A DNA stretch of 64,000 bases from the NCBI GenBank assembly GCA_034670305.1, contig JAXMNT010000037.1, positions 1 through 64,000 on the forward strand. The letters run 5' to 3'. The notes beneath the pieces were generated by a model. It made no database searches and had not been told where the DNA came from. It was given only the letters and a program-made list of their open reading frames with translations. Positions 38,094 to 47,883 of this stretch are shown piece by piece. Source of the DNA: Deltaproteobacteria bacterium (GTDB taxonomy: Bacteria; Myxococcota_A; Polyangia; Polyangiales; Houyiibacteriaceae). Position 1 is the stretch's first letter, and every line of letters starts with the position of its first letter. Both the position numbers and the translations under genes were made by a program.

Positions 38094-38459
38094 ATGGGAC
38101 TCTTCGGCAGCCTCTTCAAACCCAAACGAAACCCGATCCACGTCGACGACAAGTCGTTCGAGCGGGAAGTCTTGCAGAGCGCGCTTCCCGTCATTCTCGA
38201 CGTGTGGTCCGCCGGCTGCGCGCCGTGCAAGAAGCTCGAAGAGGTGATGGTTGCGCTCGCCACCGATTACGACGGGCGCATCAAGGTCTGCGAGATGGGC
38301 TCACACATGGCGCCGCGCGCCGCGACGAAACTTCGCATCGCCGCCACCCCGACGGTCGTCTACTTCAAGAGCGGTCGCGAGGTGGAGCGCGTCGCCGGCT
38401 TCCGCGGCAGCCTCTACCACCGAGAAGCGATCATGGAAGTCTTCGGCATCGAGAAGTAG
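38094..38459 (+). CDS. Thioredoxin family protein
   Basis: F..EVL.S..PVILD.W...CAPCK and cis-Pro TPT; directly after trxB. Confidence 0.88.
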   Translation: MGLFGSLFKPKRNPIHVDDKSFEREVLQSALPVILDVWSAGCAPCKKLEEVMVALATDYDGRIKVCEMGSHMAPRAATKLRIAATPTVVYFKSGREVERVAGFRGSLYHREAIMEVFGIEK

Positions 38460-38482
38460 AGGGACGCGAAGCGGCCATCTAC

Positions 38483-38694
38483 CCCTTGCCCCTTGCCCCT
38501 GCCCTTGCCCCTGCCCTTGCCCTTGCCCTTGCCCTCCTGAAGCCGACGCCGAAGCCGAAGCCGAAGCCGAAGCCGAAGCCGAAGCCGAAGCCGAAGCCGA
38601 AGCCGAAGCCGAAGCCGAAGCCGACGCCGACGCCGAAGCCGACGCCGAAGCCGAAGCCGAAGCCGAAGCCGACGCCGACGCCGACGCCGAAGCC
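38483..38694. repeat. Compound microsatellite: (CCCTTG/CCCCTG)n then (GCCGAA/GCCGAC)n
   Basis: Tracts at 38483-38535 and 38539-38694 between convergent genes. Confidence 0.95.
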
Positions 38695-38703
38695 TCGCGC
38701 GAC

Positions 38704-40137
38704 CTAGCCTTTGGCCAGGTCTTTCTCCAGCGCGTCCGGGGTCTCGTCCAAGCCCGCCAGCTTGCGGGCTTGCGCGACCTTCTTGTCCCAATCGACCGTG
38801 CGCTCGATGACGATGCGCTGCGCTTGCGGTGAGCCGGCGCCGTGCATGCACTCGATGCGGAATGGGACCGAGCCGCTGCCGTACGCCATGTACTCGACGA
38901 GTCGCAGCGCCTTGGCGCGTTCGTCGGACCCGGCGACCAGGCGCAGTCCCGGTCCGATCTCTGGATGGTCGAGGTCGTCGAGCGAGGGCATGGTCGCCAT
39001 GAGCCCGCCGGCGAGGTCTTCGGCGAGCCGCACGATCTCGTAGGGGAGGGCGGTCACGTGTTGTTTGCAGACGTTCGCGAGCACTGGGTCGACCCGCCAC
39101 ACCCCGGCTGGGTCCAAGGTGCCCTTGGCGCTCGCCGCGACGCCGAGTCCGTGGATGGTCTCGGTGAGGTGGGTCATCTGAACGAGTTTGTCGCGCACGT
39201 GGCTCGCTTTGCGCACGCCGTGTTCGCGCGTGAGCAAGTCCGTTGCGCCGATGAGGACGTCGAGGTTGCCGGGTTTGCAGCCGCCGTAGCTGGCGCGGTG
39301 GTAGCCCGCGAAGGCATCGACCAGCGTCGCGCTGGCGGCGAGGTCGCCGTCGAAGAACACCCGCTCGGTGGGCACGAAGACGTCGTCGAAGAGCACCACG
39401 CACTCTTGGCCTCCGTAGCGTGCGTTGCCGGCGTCGCTCGTGCCCTTGCGTTCGTCCGAGGGCTGACGTCCGAGCACCATGCGGATGCCGGGTGCGTCGA
39501 CGGGCATCGCGCAGGCGATGGCGAAATCCTCTTCGCCTTCGCGGAGGGCCTGGCCGGGCATCACGAGGATTTGGTGCGCGTTGGCGGCGCCGGTCTGGTG
39601 GATCTTCGCGCCTCGAATCACGACGCCGTCGTCGCGTCGCTCCACCACCCGCAGGAAGTGGTCCGGCTGCTCGGGCGGCCGCTTGGAGCGGTCGCCCTTC
39701 GCGTCGGTCATCGCGCCGCACAACATCTCGTCGCGCGTTTGCACGCCGCGCAGCCATTCGAGGAAGCGTCCGTGGCGTTCGGGATCGGGATGGGTGGCGA
39801 TGAAGAGCGCGTTGATGCCGTCGAGCCCGACGCAGCGTTGAAAGCAGGTGCCCGTCGCGAAGCCGAGCGCGCGCTGCATCGTGAGCTTGGCCTGCAGGTC
39901 GGCCTGGTCCCGGAACAGATGGCAGAAGCGGTTGACCGGCCCGTCGATGAGATCGGAGTGCGCGGTGGCCAGGTGCTGGGTCGCCGGATCGGATGCGAGT
40001 GCGTAGGTCGCCGCGACCGCATTGACCGAGGGGCGCACCTTCGGGTGGTCGATCGGATCGTCGACGCGTGCGCCGTCCACGAAGAGCACCAGCGCGCGGG
40101 CGCGCAGGGACTCGAGGTACTGGGCGGCGGTTCTCAC
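38704..40137 (-). CDS. 4-hydroxybutyryl-CoA dehydratase (AbfD)-like protein, HpaB/AbfD family
   Basis: [35 protein letters not shown] and [16 protein letters not shown] overlap with the upstream gene. Confidence 0.85.
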   Translation of the reverse strand: MRTAAQYLESLRARALVLFVDGARVDDPIDHPKVRPSVNAVAATYALASDPATQHLATAHSDLIDGPVNRFCHLFRDQADLQAKLTMQRALGFATGTCFQRCVGLDGINALFIATHPDPERHGRFLEWLRGVQTRDEMLCGAMTDAKGDRSKRPPEQPDHFLRVVERRDDGVVIRGAKIHQTGAANAHQILVMPGQALREGEEDFAIACAMPVDAPGIRMVLGRQPSDERKGTSDAGNARYGGQECVVLFDDVFVPTERVFFDGDLAASATLVDAFAGYHRASYGGCKPGNLDVLIGATDLLTREHGVRKASHVRDKLVQMTHLTETIHGLGVAASAKGTLDPAGVWRVDPVLANVCKQHVTALPYEIVRLAEDLAGGLMATMPSLDDLDHPEIGPGLRLVAGSDERAKALRLVEYMAYGSGSVPFRIECMHGAGSPQAQRIVIERTVDWDKKVAQARKLAGLDETPDALEKDLAKG

Positions 40138-40820
40138 TTCGGAAAACCGTTGAAAACGTAGCCGCGGTCGACGCCATCTTCGATGCGGCGGATGGCGCAG
40201 TTGTGCGGGTTCGGTTCGGTCTCGAACCACTCCGGCGTGAGGTGGCACCACATCATGAGAAATGCGCGAAGGGTCACGCCGTGGCAGACGACGATCACGC
40301 AGCGGACGTCGTCGCTCTCCGCGTCTCGGTGAAAGGTGCCGAAGGACTGGTGGACCCGCACGGCGACATCGAAGCGGCTCTCGCCCGCCGGCATCCGTGC
40401 CCAGAACTTCCCTTCGAAGCGGCGGTGCTTCTCGTACTGGCTCCACTCGTTGGGAAAGAGGATGGGGAGCTCTTCTTCGGGGATGCCGTCGAAGATGCCG
40501 AACTGCTGCTCGCAGAGGAGCACGTGTTCCCCACGATCGCAGATGAGGTCGTCGCCCATCTCGGCGTGAATCGCGTCCGCGGTCCGCCGGGTGCGTTCGT
40601 ACGGGCTCTGCCAGAGGCGCGTCCGCGGCGGTTTGTCGCCGAACGTGGTTCGGAACGTCTCGACCAACTTCTGGCCGGCGATCTTCGCCTGGCGGTCGCC
40701 CTCCGCGCTCAGCGGGATCGCGTGGTCCGCCATGTCCCGGTGGATCTCCGGGTTGACGTTGCCTTCAGATTGTCCGTGTCGGACGAGAAAAAGATGTCGG
40801 ACGCTCACGAGGCGAAGCAT
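40134..40820 (-). CDS. Histidine phosphatase (phosphoglycerate mutase family)
   Basis: LVRHGQSEGN, SPY.RTR.TA, EQ.FG, GES..DV and VCHG. Confidence 0.9.
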   Translation of the reverse strand: MLRLVSVRHLFLVRHGQSEGNVNPEIHRDMADHAIPLSAEGDRQAKIAGQKLVETFRTTFGDKPPRTRLWQSPYERTRRTADAIHAEMGDDLICDRGEHVLLCEQQFGIFDGIPEEELPILFPNEWSQYEKHRRFEGKFWARMPAGESRFDVAVRVHQSFGTFHRDAESDDVRCVIVVCHGVTLRAFLMMWCHLTPEWFETEPNPHNCAIRRIEDGVDRGYVFNGFPK

Positions 40821-40969
40821 CGCACGGCCGCACGCGCACCAGCCAGAACGTAAGCCGCGCACCTGCGACCATTCAGTGGAAGGGTTCGGGCTCCGCACGC
40901 GACGCCATGCGCCACGACAAACGGCGCCGCGCTTTCGCACGACGCCGTCGTTGGTCCGAGAGGACGAGA

Positions 40970-41506
40970 CTACTGGCGGTTGGCCCGCTCGAAGAACTGG
41001 GCCGCCTGTTTGCCCGCGCGCTGGGCGCAGCTGTTGAGGCGACCGCCGACCGACATGCGCGTGAGCGAAGGACTGACGCTGCAGTACACCTCGACTTCGT
41101 CCGTGACCTGCCCACCGATGGTCCAGCGGAACCGGGTGACGAGCTGTGACGCGCCGCCGACGGGTCCGCGGGCGCCTCGCACGATCTCCACGAACACCGG
41201 CGACATGCGGACTTCGCCGGGTCCGGGCGGCGCGTTGGCCGGCACGACCGGCACCGGCATGCGACTGGAGAACGCTTCCAAGAAGCGCTGGTCCATGTTC
41301 CCGAACGCTTCAGACAACGACTGCTGCTCGCCCGGCGGCTCGGCACCGAAGGGGTTGCCGTCGATGATGACCTGGCTGAAGTCTGCGGCGTAGCTGACCG
41401 ACTGTGCGCCGGCGACGGCGGAGGGCGGTCCGCTCTGGACGAGCACGGCCCAGGGGGGGCCACAGGACGCGAGCAGAGCAACGGTGAGGACGAGGAGGTA
41501 GCGCAT
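40970..41506 (-). CDS. Hypothetical lipoprotein
   Basis: MRYLLVLTVALLASC lipobox. Confidence 0.65.
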   Translation of the reverse strand: MRYLLVLTVALLASCGPPWAVLVQSGPPSAVAGAQSVSYAADFSQVIIDGNPFGAEPPGEQQSLSEAFGNMDQRFLEAFSSRMPVPVVPANAPPGPGEVRMSPVFVEIVRGARGPVGGASQLVTRFRWTIGGQVTDEVEVYCSVSPSLTRMSVGGRLNSCAQRAGKQAAQFFERANRQ

Positions 41507-41632
41507 CGCAGGTGGCTACCAGGCGCCCGAGAAAGGATCAAGGGTCCCCGGCCACCGAGCGCCGGTCAGAGATCCTCGAGTTGTCTCTGGAGCTCGCCCG
41601 CCGGGTGGCCGTTCCCGACTTCTGAGCGGCGG

Positions 41633-41941
41633 TCAGAGATCGTCGAGTTGAGCTTGCAGTTCGCCGGCCGCGTGGCCGTCCCCGGCCCGTTTGGCGGCTT
41701 CGAGGCCGCGTTCGCACCATGTGCGTGCGTCGTCGATTTTCGACAACGCCTCGGCGACCTGCGCGGCCATCAGGTAGGTCGGCACGTAGTCGGGGTAGGT
41801 CGCGGCGACCGCATCGAACGCGTCGAGAGACTCTTGCAGCCGCTCGAGGGAGCGAAACTCCATCGCCCGCGCGTAGTGCACGAACGGGTCCTGGCTGCCC
41901 TTGGCGATCATCGTGTCGAACATCTCCAAACGTTTCGACAT
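41633..41941 (-). CDS. Small TPR protein
   Basis: DPF..YA.AME, PDYVPTY.MA and GD.HA..EL. Confidence 0.8.
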   Translation of the reverse strand: MSKRLEMFDTMIAKGSQDPFVHYARAMEFRSLERLQESLDAFDAVAATYPDYVPTYLMAAQVAEALSKIDDARTWCERGLEAAKRAGDGHAAGELQAQLDDL

Positions 41942-41942
41942 C

Positions 41943-42464
41943 TCAGCCGACCTGCTCGACGACACCGAGGTACGGGAGGTTGCGGTAGTGTTGGTCGAAG
42001 TCGAGCCCGTAGCCGATGACGAACACGTCTTCGATCGTGAACCCGAGGTAGTCGATCGGGACGTCGACGCTGGAACGGGCCGGCTTGTGTAGGAGCGACG
42101 CGAGCTTCACCGACGCGGGCTTTCGCGTGATCAGGTTCTCATGCAGGTATTGCATCGTCAGACCGGTGTCGACGATGTCCTCGACCACCAGCACGTGCTT
42201 GCCTTCCACCGGCTTCGTCAGGTCGCTCGTGATCTGCACGACGCCGGACGACTCGGTGCCTTCGTAGCTTCGCAGCCCGAGGAAATCGACGCTCAGCGTC
42301 AGGTCGATGTGCCGGATGAGATCCGCGGCGAACATGAAACTGCCCTTGAGGACCGGCACCACCACAATCTCTTGGTCGCCGTAGTCCGCGGTGATCTCGC
42401 GGCCCATTTCGGCCACGCGGGCCTGGATCTTCTCTGCGTCGATGAAGGTACGAATCGAGGTCAT
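41943..42464 (-). CDS. hpt: Hypoxanthine phosphoribosyltransferase
   Basis: [20 protein letters not shown] and FVIGYGLD...YRNLPY. Confidence 0.96.
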   Translation of the reverse strand: MTSIRTFIDAEKIQARVAEMGREITADYGDQEIVVVPVLKGSFMFAADLIRHIDLTLSVDFLGLRSYEGTESSGVVQITSDLTKPVEGKHVLVVEDIVDTGLTMQYLHENLITRKPASVKLASLLHKPARSSVDVPIDYLGFTIEDVFVIGYGLDFDQHYRNLPYLGVVEQVG

Positions 42465-42552
42465 GTGCGCGTCTACCACACGCTAGCCCGGACCGGTATC
42501 GTAGGCCGCCAGTCTCGCGAAGCGAGCCAGGCCCATCGCCGCAAGAAAAGGT

Positions 42553-44187
42553 TCAGAGGAGCAGGCCGGCGACGGTGGCGGTCATGCAGGCCGCCAAGGT
42601 GCCGCCCAGCATGGCGCGCAGGCCGAGTTTGGCGAGGTCGCTTCGACGCTCGGGCGCGATCGCGGAGATGCCGCCGATCTGGATGCCGATGGATCCGAAG
42701 TTCGCGAAGCCGCAGAGCGCGTACGTAGAGATGACCGCGCTGCGTTGGCTGAGTCCTTCGCCGGACTGAAGCATCTCACCGAGGTGCGTGTAGGCGACGA
42801 ACTCGTTGAGCACCATCTTCTCGCCAAGCAGCGCGCCCACCTGTCCGCACTCTTCTGGCGGCACGCCCATGATGAACGCGAGCGGGGAGAAGGCGCCGCC
42901 GAGAATGCCGCGGAGCGACCACGGCGAGAGCGTGGCGTCGAACATCTCGTTGTATGCCATCACGGGAAGGCCGATCACGAAGTCGACCATCGCGACGAGT
43001 GCGAGAAAGACCAGGAGCATGGCCGCGACGTTGAACGCCAGCTTGAGCCCTTCGGTGGCGCCGCGGGCGGCCGCGTCGAGCACGTTCGCGTCGATCCGTT
43101 CGATGGCCAACGAAATGGGCGGGGCGTCTTCTCCCGCCACCGTCTGCGACACCTCGGTCTCCGGCTGCATGACTTTCGCGATCAAGAGCGCGGCGGGTGC
43201 GCTCATCACCGAGGCGGCGATGAGGTGTCCGGCGATGTCCGGAAAGATGGACTCGAGCATGCCGACGTACGCTGCGAGCACGCCGCCTGCGACCGTCGCG
43301 AACCCGCCCACCATCACGGCGTTGAGCTCGGACTTCGTCATCGTTGCGACGTAGGGTTTGATGACCAGCGGCGCCTCGGTCTGGCCCACGAAGATGTTCG
43401 CAGCGGCGCTCAGTGTCTCCGAACCACTGGTCTTCATGGTGCGCCCCATCAGGGCGGCGATGATCGACACCAGCCGCTGCATGACGCCCAGGTGGTAGAG
43501 GATCGCCATGAGCGACGAGAAGAAGAGGATGGTCGGCAACACGTTCAGCGCGAAGGTGAACTTGTCGTCAAGGTAGTCGCCAAACAGAAAACGGGACCCC
43601 TCCGCGGTGAACCCCAGCAGCCCGACGACCACGTCGTTGAGAAAACGAAAAAGCTCTCGGCCCATCCAGGTGTCGAGTACGAAGACGGCGAAGATCAGCT
43701 GGAGCCCGAGCCCCCACAGCACGACGCGCGTCGGAAACAGCTTCCGGTTGGACGACATCAACCACGCGAGAAAGATCAACACCCCGAGCCCGAACAACGA
43801 AGTCACCCGCTGCCACCAAGGCACCGCCGCCATCCCCTCCCGCATCTCGGAAAGGGAGACCGGCGCCGCAACGCCATCGGCGCCGGCTTCAGCGTCGGCC
43901 TCGGCTTCGGCGTCGGCTTCGGCTTCGGCCTCGGCGTCGGCATCGGCGTCGGCATCGGCGTCGGCTTCGGCGTCGGCCTCGGCTTCGGCTTCGGCCTCGG
44001 CTTCGGCATCGGCGTCGGCCTCGGCGTCGGCTTCGGCCTCGGCGTCGGCTTCGGCGTCGGCGTCGGCTTCAGCCTCGGCTTCGGCCTCAGCTTCGGCTTC
44101 GGGTCCGCGCGTCGCGGACGGTTCCGGCTGCGCCCACACGCCCGTCGTCGCGCCCACGACGAGCGCGAGGGCGAGCGCCCACTTCAT
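42553..44187 (-). CDS. Concentrative nucleoside transporter (NupC/CNT family) with N-terminal signal peptide and Ala-Glu/Asp linker
   Basis: [37 protein letters not shown] and [12 protein letters not shown]. Confidence 0.93.
   Translation of the reverse strand: MKWALALALVVGATTGVWAQPEPSATRGPEAEAEAEAEAEADADAEADAEAEADAEADADAEAEAEAEAEADAEADADADADADAEAEAEADAEAEADAEAGADGVAAPVSLSEMREGMAAVPWWQRVTSLFGLGVLIFLAWLMSSNRKLFPTRVVLWGLGLQLIFAVFVLDTWMGRELFRFLNDVVVGLLGFTAEGSRFLFGDYLDDKFTFALNVLPTILFFSSLMAILYHLGVMQRLVSIIAALMGRTMKTSGSETLSAAANIFVGQTEAPLVIKPYVATMTKSELNAVMVGGFATVAGGVLAAYVGMLESIFPDIAGHLIAASVMSAPAALLIAKVMQPETEVSQTVAGEDAPPISLAIERIDANVLDAAARGATEGLKLAFNVAAMLLVFLALVAMVDFVIGLPVMAYNEMFDATLSPWSLRGILGGAFSPLAFIMGVPPEECGQVGALLGEKMVLNEFVAYTHLGEMLQSGEGLSQRSAVISTYALCGFANFGSIGIQIGGISAIAPERRSDLAKLGLRAMLGGTLAACMTATVAGLLL
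43876..44100. repeat. (TCGGCN)n hexamer tract encoding the AE/AD linker of the CNT transporter
   Basis: In-frame GCC-GAN repeats on the minus strand. Confidence 0.9.
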
Positions 44188-45953
44188 GCGTACATCGCTT
44201 CGATTTCGTCCGCGAAGTGGTCGTTCACCATGCGTCGCTTCACCTTCAAGGTCGGCGTCAGCTCCCCATCCTCGACGGTGAAGTTGCGCGCCAAGATGGC
44301 GAACTTCTTGATCTGCTCCACCCGGGCGAACTTCTTGTTCATCTCCTCAACGTACGCCTCGAGCTCCGCGCGGAGCTTCGGGTTCTCGTGCAGCGTCGCG
44401 AGGTCGGCCCCGTTGGCCTCGGCCCAAGCGGGCGACGCATCCGGGTCGAGGGTGACCACCGCGCTGAGGAACTTGCGCCGGTCGCCGATGACCACGGCCT
44501 CGTTGATGAGCTCATGGTTCTTGAGCGCCGCTTCGAGGTTCTTCGGCGTGACGTTCTTGCCACCCGCCGTGATGATGATCTCTTTCTTGCGGCCGATGAT
44601 GCGGAGGAACCCGTCTTCGAATTTGCCGAGGTCGCCGCTGTGCAGCCACCCGTCTTTGAGGGTCTCGTTCGTCGCTTCTTCGTCCTTGTAGTACCCGAGG
44701 AAAACGTTCGGCCCGCGCACGAGGATCTCTTCGTCTTCGGCGATCTTCACTTCGACGCCGGGGACGGCGGGACCGACGGTTCCGTAGCGGAACTTCTCTG
44801 GCTGGTTGAAGCTCGTCGGCCCGGTGTCTTCGCTCTGCCCGTAGACCTCGAGCACGAGGATGTCGAGCGACGCGAAGAACTCGAGGACCTCGGCGGCGAT
44901 CGGGGCCGCGCCGGACACGCAGGCGCGTGCGCGGCCGAGACCGATCGCGGGCTTGAGCTTGGAGTAGATGAGCTTGTTGGCGAGCTTGTGCTGCAGACCG
45001 AGGCCCATCGGCACCGATCCACCGGCCTCGAGGATCTTCATGCGTTCAGTCGCGACGCGGCGCGCCCACGCGACGAGTTTGGCTTTCGTACCGGTCGCGG
45101 CTTTGAGCTTGCCGGCGACGCCCGCGTGGAACTTCTCCCAGATGCGCGGCACGCCGAAGAAGACCGTCGGCTGCACTTCTTTGAGGTTGTCCGGGACCTT
45201 CTCGATCGACTCGGCGAAGTAGACGGACGAACCCGCGGTGATCGGTCCGTGGATCGAGAACATCTGCTCGGCGATGTGCGAGAGCGGGAGGTACGAGAGC
45301 GAGCAGTCTTGAGACGACAGATCCACGAGTTCCTGGGCTGCCTTGGCGGTCCACGCGAGGTTCTCGGTGGAGAGCATCACGCCCTTCGGCGGGCCCGTCG
45401 TACCAGACGTGTAGATCAGGGTCGCGAGTCCGTCGGGCTTCAGCGCTTCGAGTCGCGTCGTGACAGCAGACTCTTCGGTCCCTTCCGCCTTCGCGAGGAA
45501 CGCCTCCCAGTCGAGGACCATGGGGTCGTCGATCGCGGCGCAGCCCTTCATGGTCACGATGTGTTTCAGATCGGGGAGGCTGTCGCGCTCCGCCTTGACC
45601 TTCTCGTACTGGCCGAGGTCTTCGACCAGGATCACTGGAGACGCCGCGTGTCGCACGATGTACGCGACCTCCTCGGACGAACAGGTCGTGTAGATGCCAG
45701 CGGGCGCGGCGCCGCACGCCATCGCGGCGATGTCGAACACCACCCACTCGGGCCGGTTGAACCCGAGAATGGTCGCGGTCTGTCCCGCCTCCAATCCGAG
45801 CGCGATCAGCGCACGCGCCGCGGTCATCACCTCGTCGCGGTACTCGCGCCAATTGGTGGTGCGCCAGATCCCGTCTTCTCGGACATGGTAGGCGGGGGCA
45901 TGTGGACGGCGCTCGGCTTGTTCGAGCAGACGCGCGGGGATGCTTTCGGACAC
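44184..45953 (-). CDS. Long-chain fatty acid-CoA ligase (FadD15-like)
   Basis: IYTSGTTGPPKGVML, YLPLSHIAE, YGQSE, GWLHSGDLG and GELTPTLKVKR. Confidence 0.93.
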   Translation of the reverse strand: MSESIPARLLEQAERRPHAPAYHVREDGIWRTTNWREYRDEVMTAARALIALGLEAGQTATILGFNRPEWVVFDIAAMACGAAPAGIYTTCSSEEVAYIVRHAASPVILVEDLGQYEKVKAERDSLPDLKHIVTMKGCAAIDDPMVLDWEAFLAKAEGTEESAVTTRLEALKPDGLATLIYTSGTTGPPKGVMLSTENLAWTAKAAQELVDLSSQDCSLSYLPLSHIAEQMFSIHGPITAGSSVYFAESIEKVPDNLKEVQPTVFFGVPRIWEKFHAGVAGKLKAATGTKAKLVAWARRVATERMKILEAGGSVPMGLGLQHKLANKLIYSKLKPAIGLGRARACVSGAAPIAAEVLEFFASLDILVLEVYGQSEDTGPTSFNQPEKFRYGTVGPAVPGVEVKIAEDEEILVRGPNVFLGYYKDEEATNETLKDGWLHSGDLGKFEDGFLRIIGRKKEIIITAGGKNVTPKNLEAALKNHELINEAVVIGDRRKFLSAVVTLDPDASPAWAEANGADLATLHENPKLRAELEAYVEEMNKKFARVEQIKKFAILARNFTVEDGELTPTLKVKRRMVNDHFADEIEAMYA

Positions 45954-46094
45954 GGTTTTCTCCTCCTGAGGACCGGCACTCTATCGATCCCGACCGCGAA
46001 GATCCATCGCCCGCGCGCTCAACGTTTCGCGGGTGTTTCTGGCCAGAGCGGGCAGCACCACCCGTGGAGGCCTGCTCCGGGACGGGCCGAGGTG

Positions 46095-47234
46095 TCAGCA
46101 GCCGCAGCCGCAGCCGCTCGCGCAGGCGGTGCTCCACTGGCACGACGACAGACAGAACTGCCACGAGTTCGTACCGCAGCATCGGTAGCGCCCGCCGGAC
46201 ACGCCGCTGTCGCTGACCCAGTCGCAGGCCGCGCCGCCGACGAGTCCGCAGCCACCCCAGTTGCAGCTCGCGGTGCAGGTCTCCTGGTTGCGTCGACACG
46301 GACTGTCGCTGCCGCCCGCACAGGTTCGGGTCGCGCCGGGCGCGCAGGTCCCGCCGCCCGAACACGTGCTGTACGCGCTCCACGCGCCCCAGGTACAGCC
46401 CGCGCTGCAGGTCCGGCTCCGGGACTGGCTGCCTCGGTCGCAGTTGCCGCAGGCGCGGGAGTCGTTCTCGACCTCACCGGGCATGCACTCCGAGCCGCCG
46501 GTGTCCGAACATGCGCCGAACGCGCCGTACGTGCCCCAGGTGCAACTGGCGCTGCAGCTTCGGGTGCGCGAACGCGTCCCACCCCCGCACGTGCCACAAC
46601 CTTCGGTGTCGGTTTCGATCTCGCCGGCGGTGCACTCTCCACTGCCCATGCAGACGCCGCTGCCCCACGAGCAGTCGGCTTGGCAGGTCTCCATCGAGGT
46701 CCCGCACATGCCGCAGGGGCCCGCCGCGCGGATCTCGCCCGGGCTGCACGCGCGCGACGTGCACACGCCATCGTCGGCCCAGGTGCCCCCGCTGCAGATC
46801 TGCCGCTGCATGCCGCATCGTTCGCAGGGGATCTCGCGGGCCGGCGCGCCGTCGGTGCAATCGCAGGTCTCGGGCGCGCTGCACGGCAGCCACTCGGAGT
46901 CGGTGCATCGTTCGACGCCCGTGCCGCAGGCGCTGGAGCAGCTGCGCTCCGCCATGCTGCCGACGCTCGGGTTCGTGTCGTCGCAGTCGAACTCGGTCGG
47001 CACCCCGTCGCCGTCCGCGTCGCCTGCGGGATCCACGCACGCGCCGGCCACGCAGACCTGGGGCGCGGTGCAGCTCGGGGTACATCCGCCGGCGTCGACG
47101 CCGCCACCACCGGTGTCGGACCGCCCGCCGTCGCTCCCGCTGGAGTCACGGCCTCGCACGGGGTCTTCTCCGCCGCCGCTGGCACAACCGGCGAGAAAGA
47201 ATAAGCAGGCGAGCGAGGATCCCAGGACGCGCAT
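46095..47234 (-). CDS. Cysteine-rich lipoprotein with acidic metal-binding-like motif and TSP1-like repeats
   Basis: FLAGC lipobox; DADGDG....DCDD; C..G.RSRTRSC...C.WG repeats. Confidence 0.75.
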   Translation of the reverse strand: MRVLGSSLACLFFLAGCASGGGEDPVRGRDSSGSDGGRSDTGGGGVDAGGCTPSCTAPQVCVAGACVDPAGDADGDGVPTEFDCDDTNPSVGSMAERSCSSACGTGVERCTDSEWLPCSAPETCDCTDGAPAREIPCERCGMQRQICSGGTWADDGVCTSRACSPGEIRAAGPCGMCGTSMETCQADCSWGSGVCMGSGECTAGEIETDTEGCGTCGGGTRSRTRSCSASCTWGTYGAFGACSDTGGSECMPGEVENDSRACGNCDRGSQSRSRTCSAGCTWGAWSAYSTCSGGGTCAPGATRTCAGGSDSPCRRNQETCTASCNWGGCGLVGGAACDWVSDSGVSGGRYRCCGTNSWQFCLSSCQWSTACASGCGCGC

Positions 47235-47351
47235 TGGCCAAGGATAGCGGTTCGGCGTCGATGTGTCCGCTGAGCGGTCGATCCGGCGGCCGACGAGCAC
47301 ACTCCGGTTGGGGAGGACGCACCCGGCCGCTTGTGCTATTTCTCCAGGGCC

Positions 47352-47441
47352 GGAGGAGTGGCCGAGCGGTCGAAGGCGGCGGTCTTGAAAACCGCTGACC
47401 CCTATCGGGGTCCGGGGGTTCGAATCCCTTCTCCTCCGCCA
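47352..47441 (+). tRNA. tRNA-Ser(TGA)
   Basis: GGAGGAG acceptor stem, anticodon arm GCGGT-ctTGAaa-ACCGC, long variable arm, GTTCGAATC, CCA. Confidence 0.96.
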
Positions 47442-47481
47442 AGACGTTCGGGCATCGCGACGATGCGGGGTGGGGGCCTTG

Positions 47482-47673
47482 ATGAGCAAGAAGACAGCAG
47501 CCGAGGATGCAGCACCGACCAACGTCGAGACACGGCCGTGTCCGCGCTGCCGCACCGCGGTGGCCGGCGTGCCCGACGAAGAGGGCGGCGTTCGAGTGAT
47601 CCGCTGGACCTGCACCTGTGGTTGGCGCCGGATGATCGCCGAGTCCGGCGCGGTTCGCCGCCCGAAGGTCTGA
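47482..47673 (+). CDS. Small zinc-ribbon-like protein
   Basis: CPRC...CTCGW in a 63-aa ORF. Confidence 0.5.
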   Translation: MSKKTAAEDAAPTNVETRPCPRCRTAVAGVPDEEGGVRVIRWTCTCGWRRMIAESGAVRRPKV

Positions 47674-47883
47674 CTCCAGGCGCCGACGGGGCGTGCCCGC
47701 GGGCGTGTGGACGGCGTGGCGTGGGCGACCGAGCTTGCGCGACGGAGCTTGCGCGACGGGGTGCGGGGGGTATATCGACGCGGCGAAGCCGAGCGAAGCG
47801 AGCTGTGCCCCCAAGAATATCGCTCGCGAATTCACCCGAAGGCGCGATGCGCTGCGCGGGGACGCAACCCCCACGAGGACTCC

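Noticed and set aside
42745..47204. Very long plus-strand ORFs (648 and 995 aa) and similar shadow ORFs elsewhere
   Set aside because: They lie antisense to clearly recognisable genes; high GC3 suppresses stops on the opposite strand.
47352..47441. Selenocysteine or suppressor tRNA
   Set aside because: The anticodon is TGA (reads UCA, Ser), not TCA; the long variable arm is normal for tRNA-Ser.
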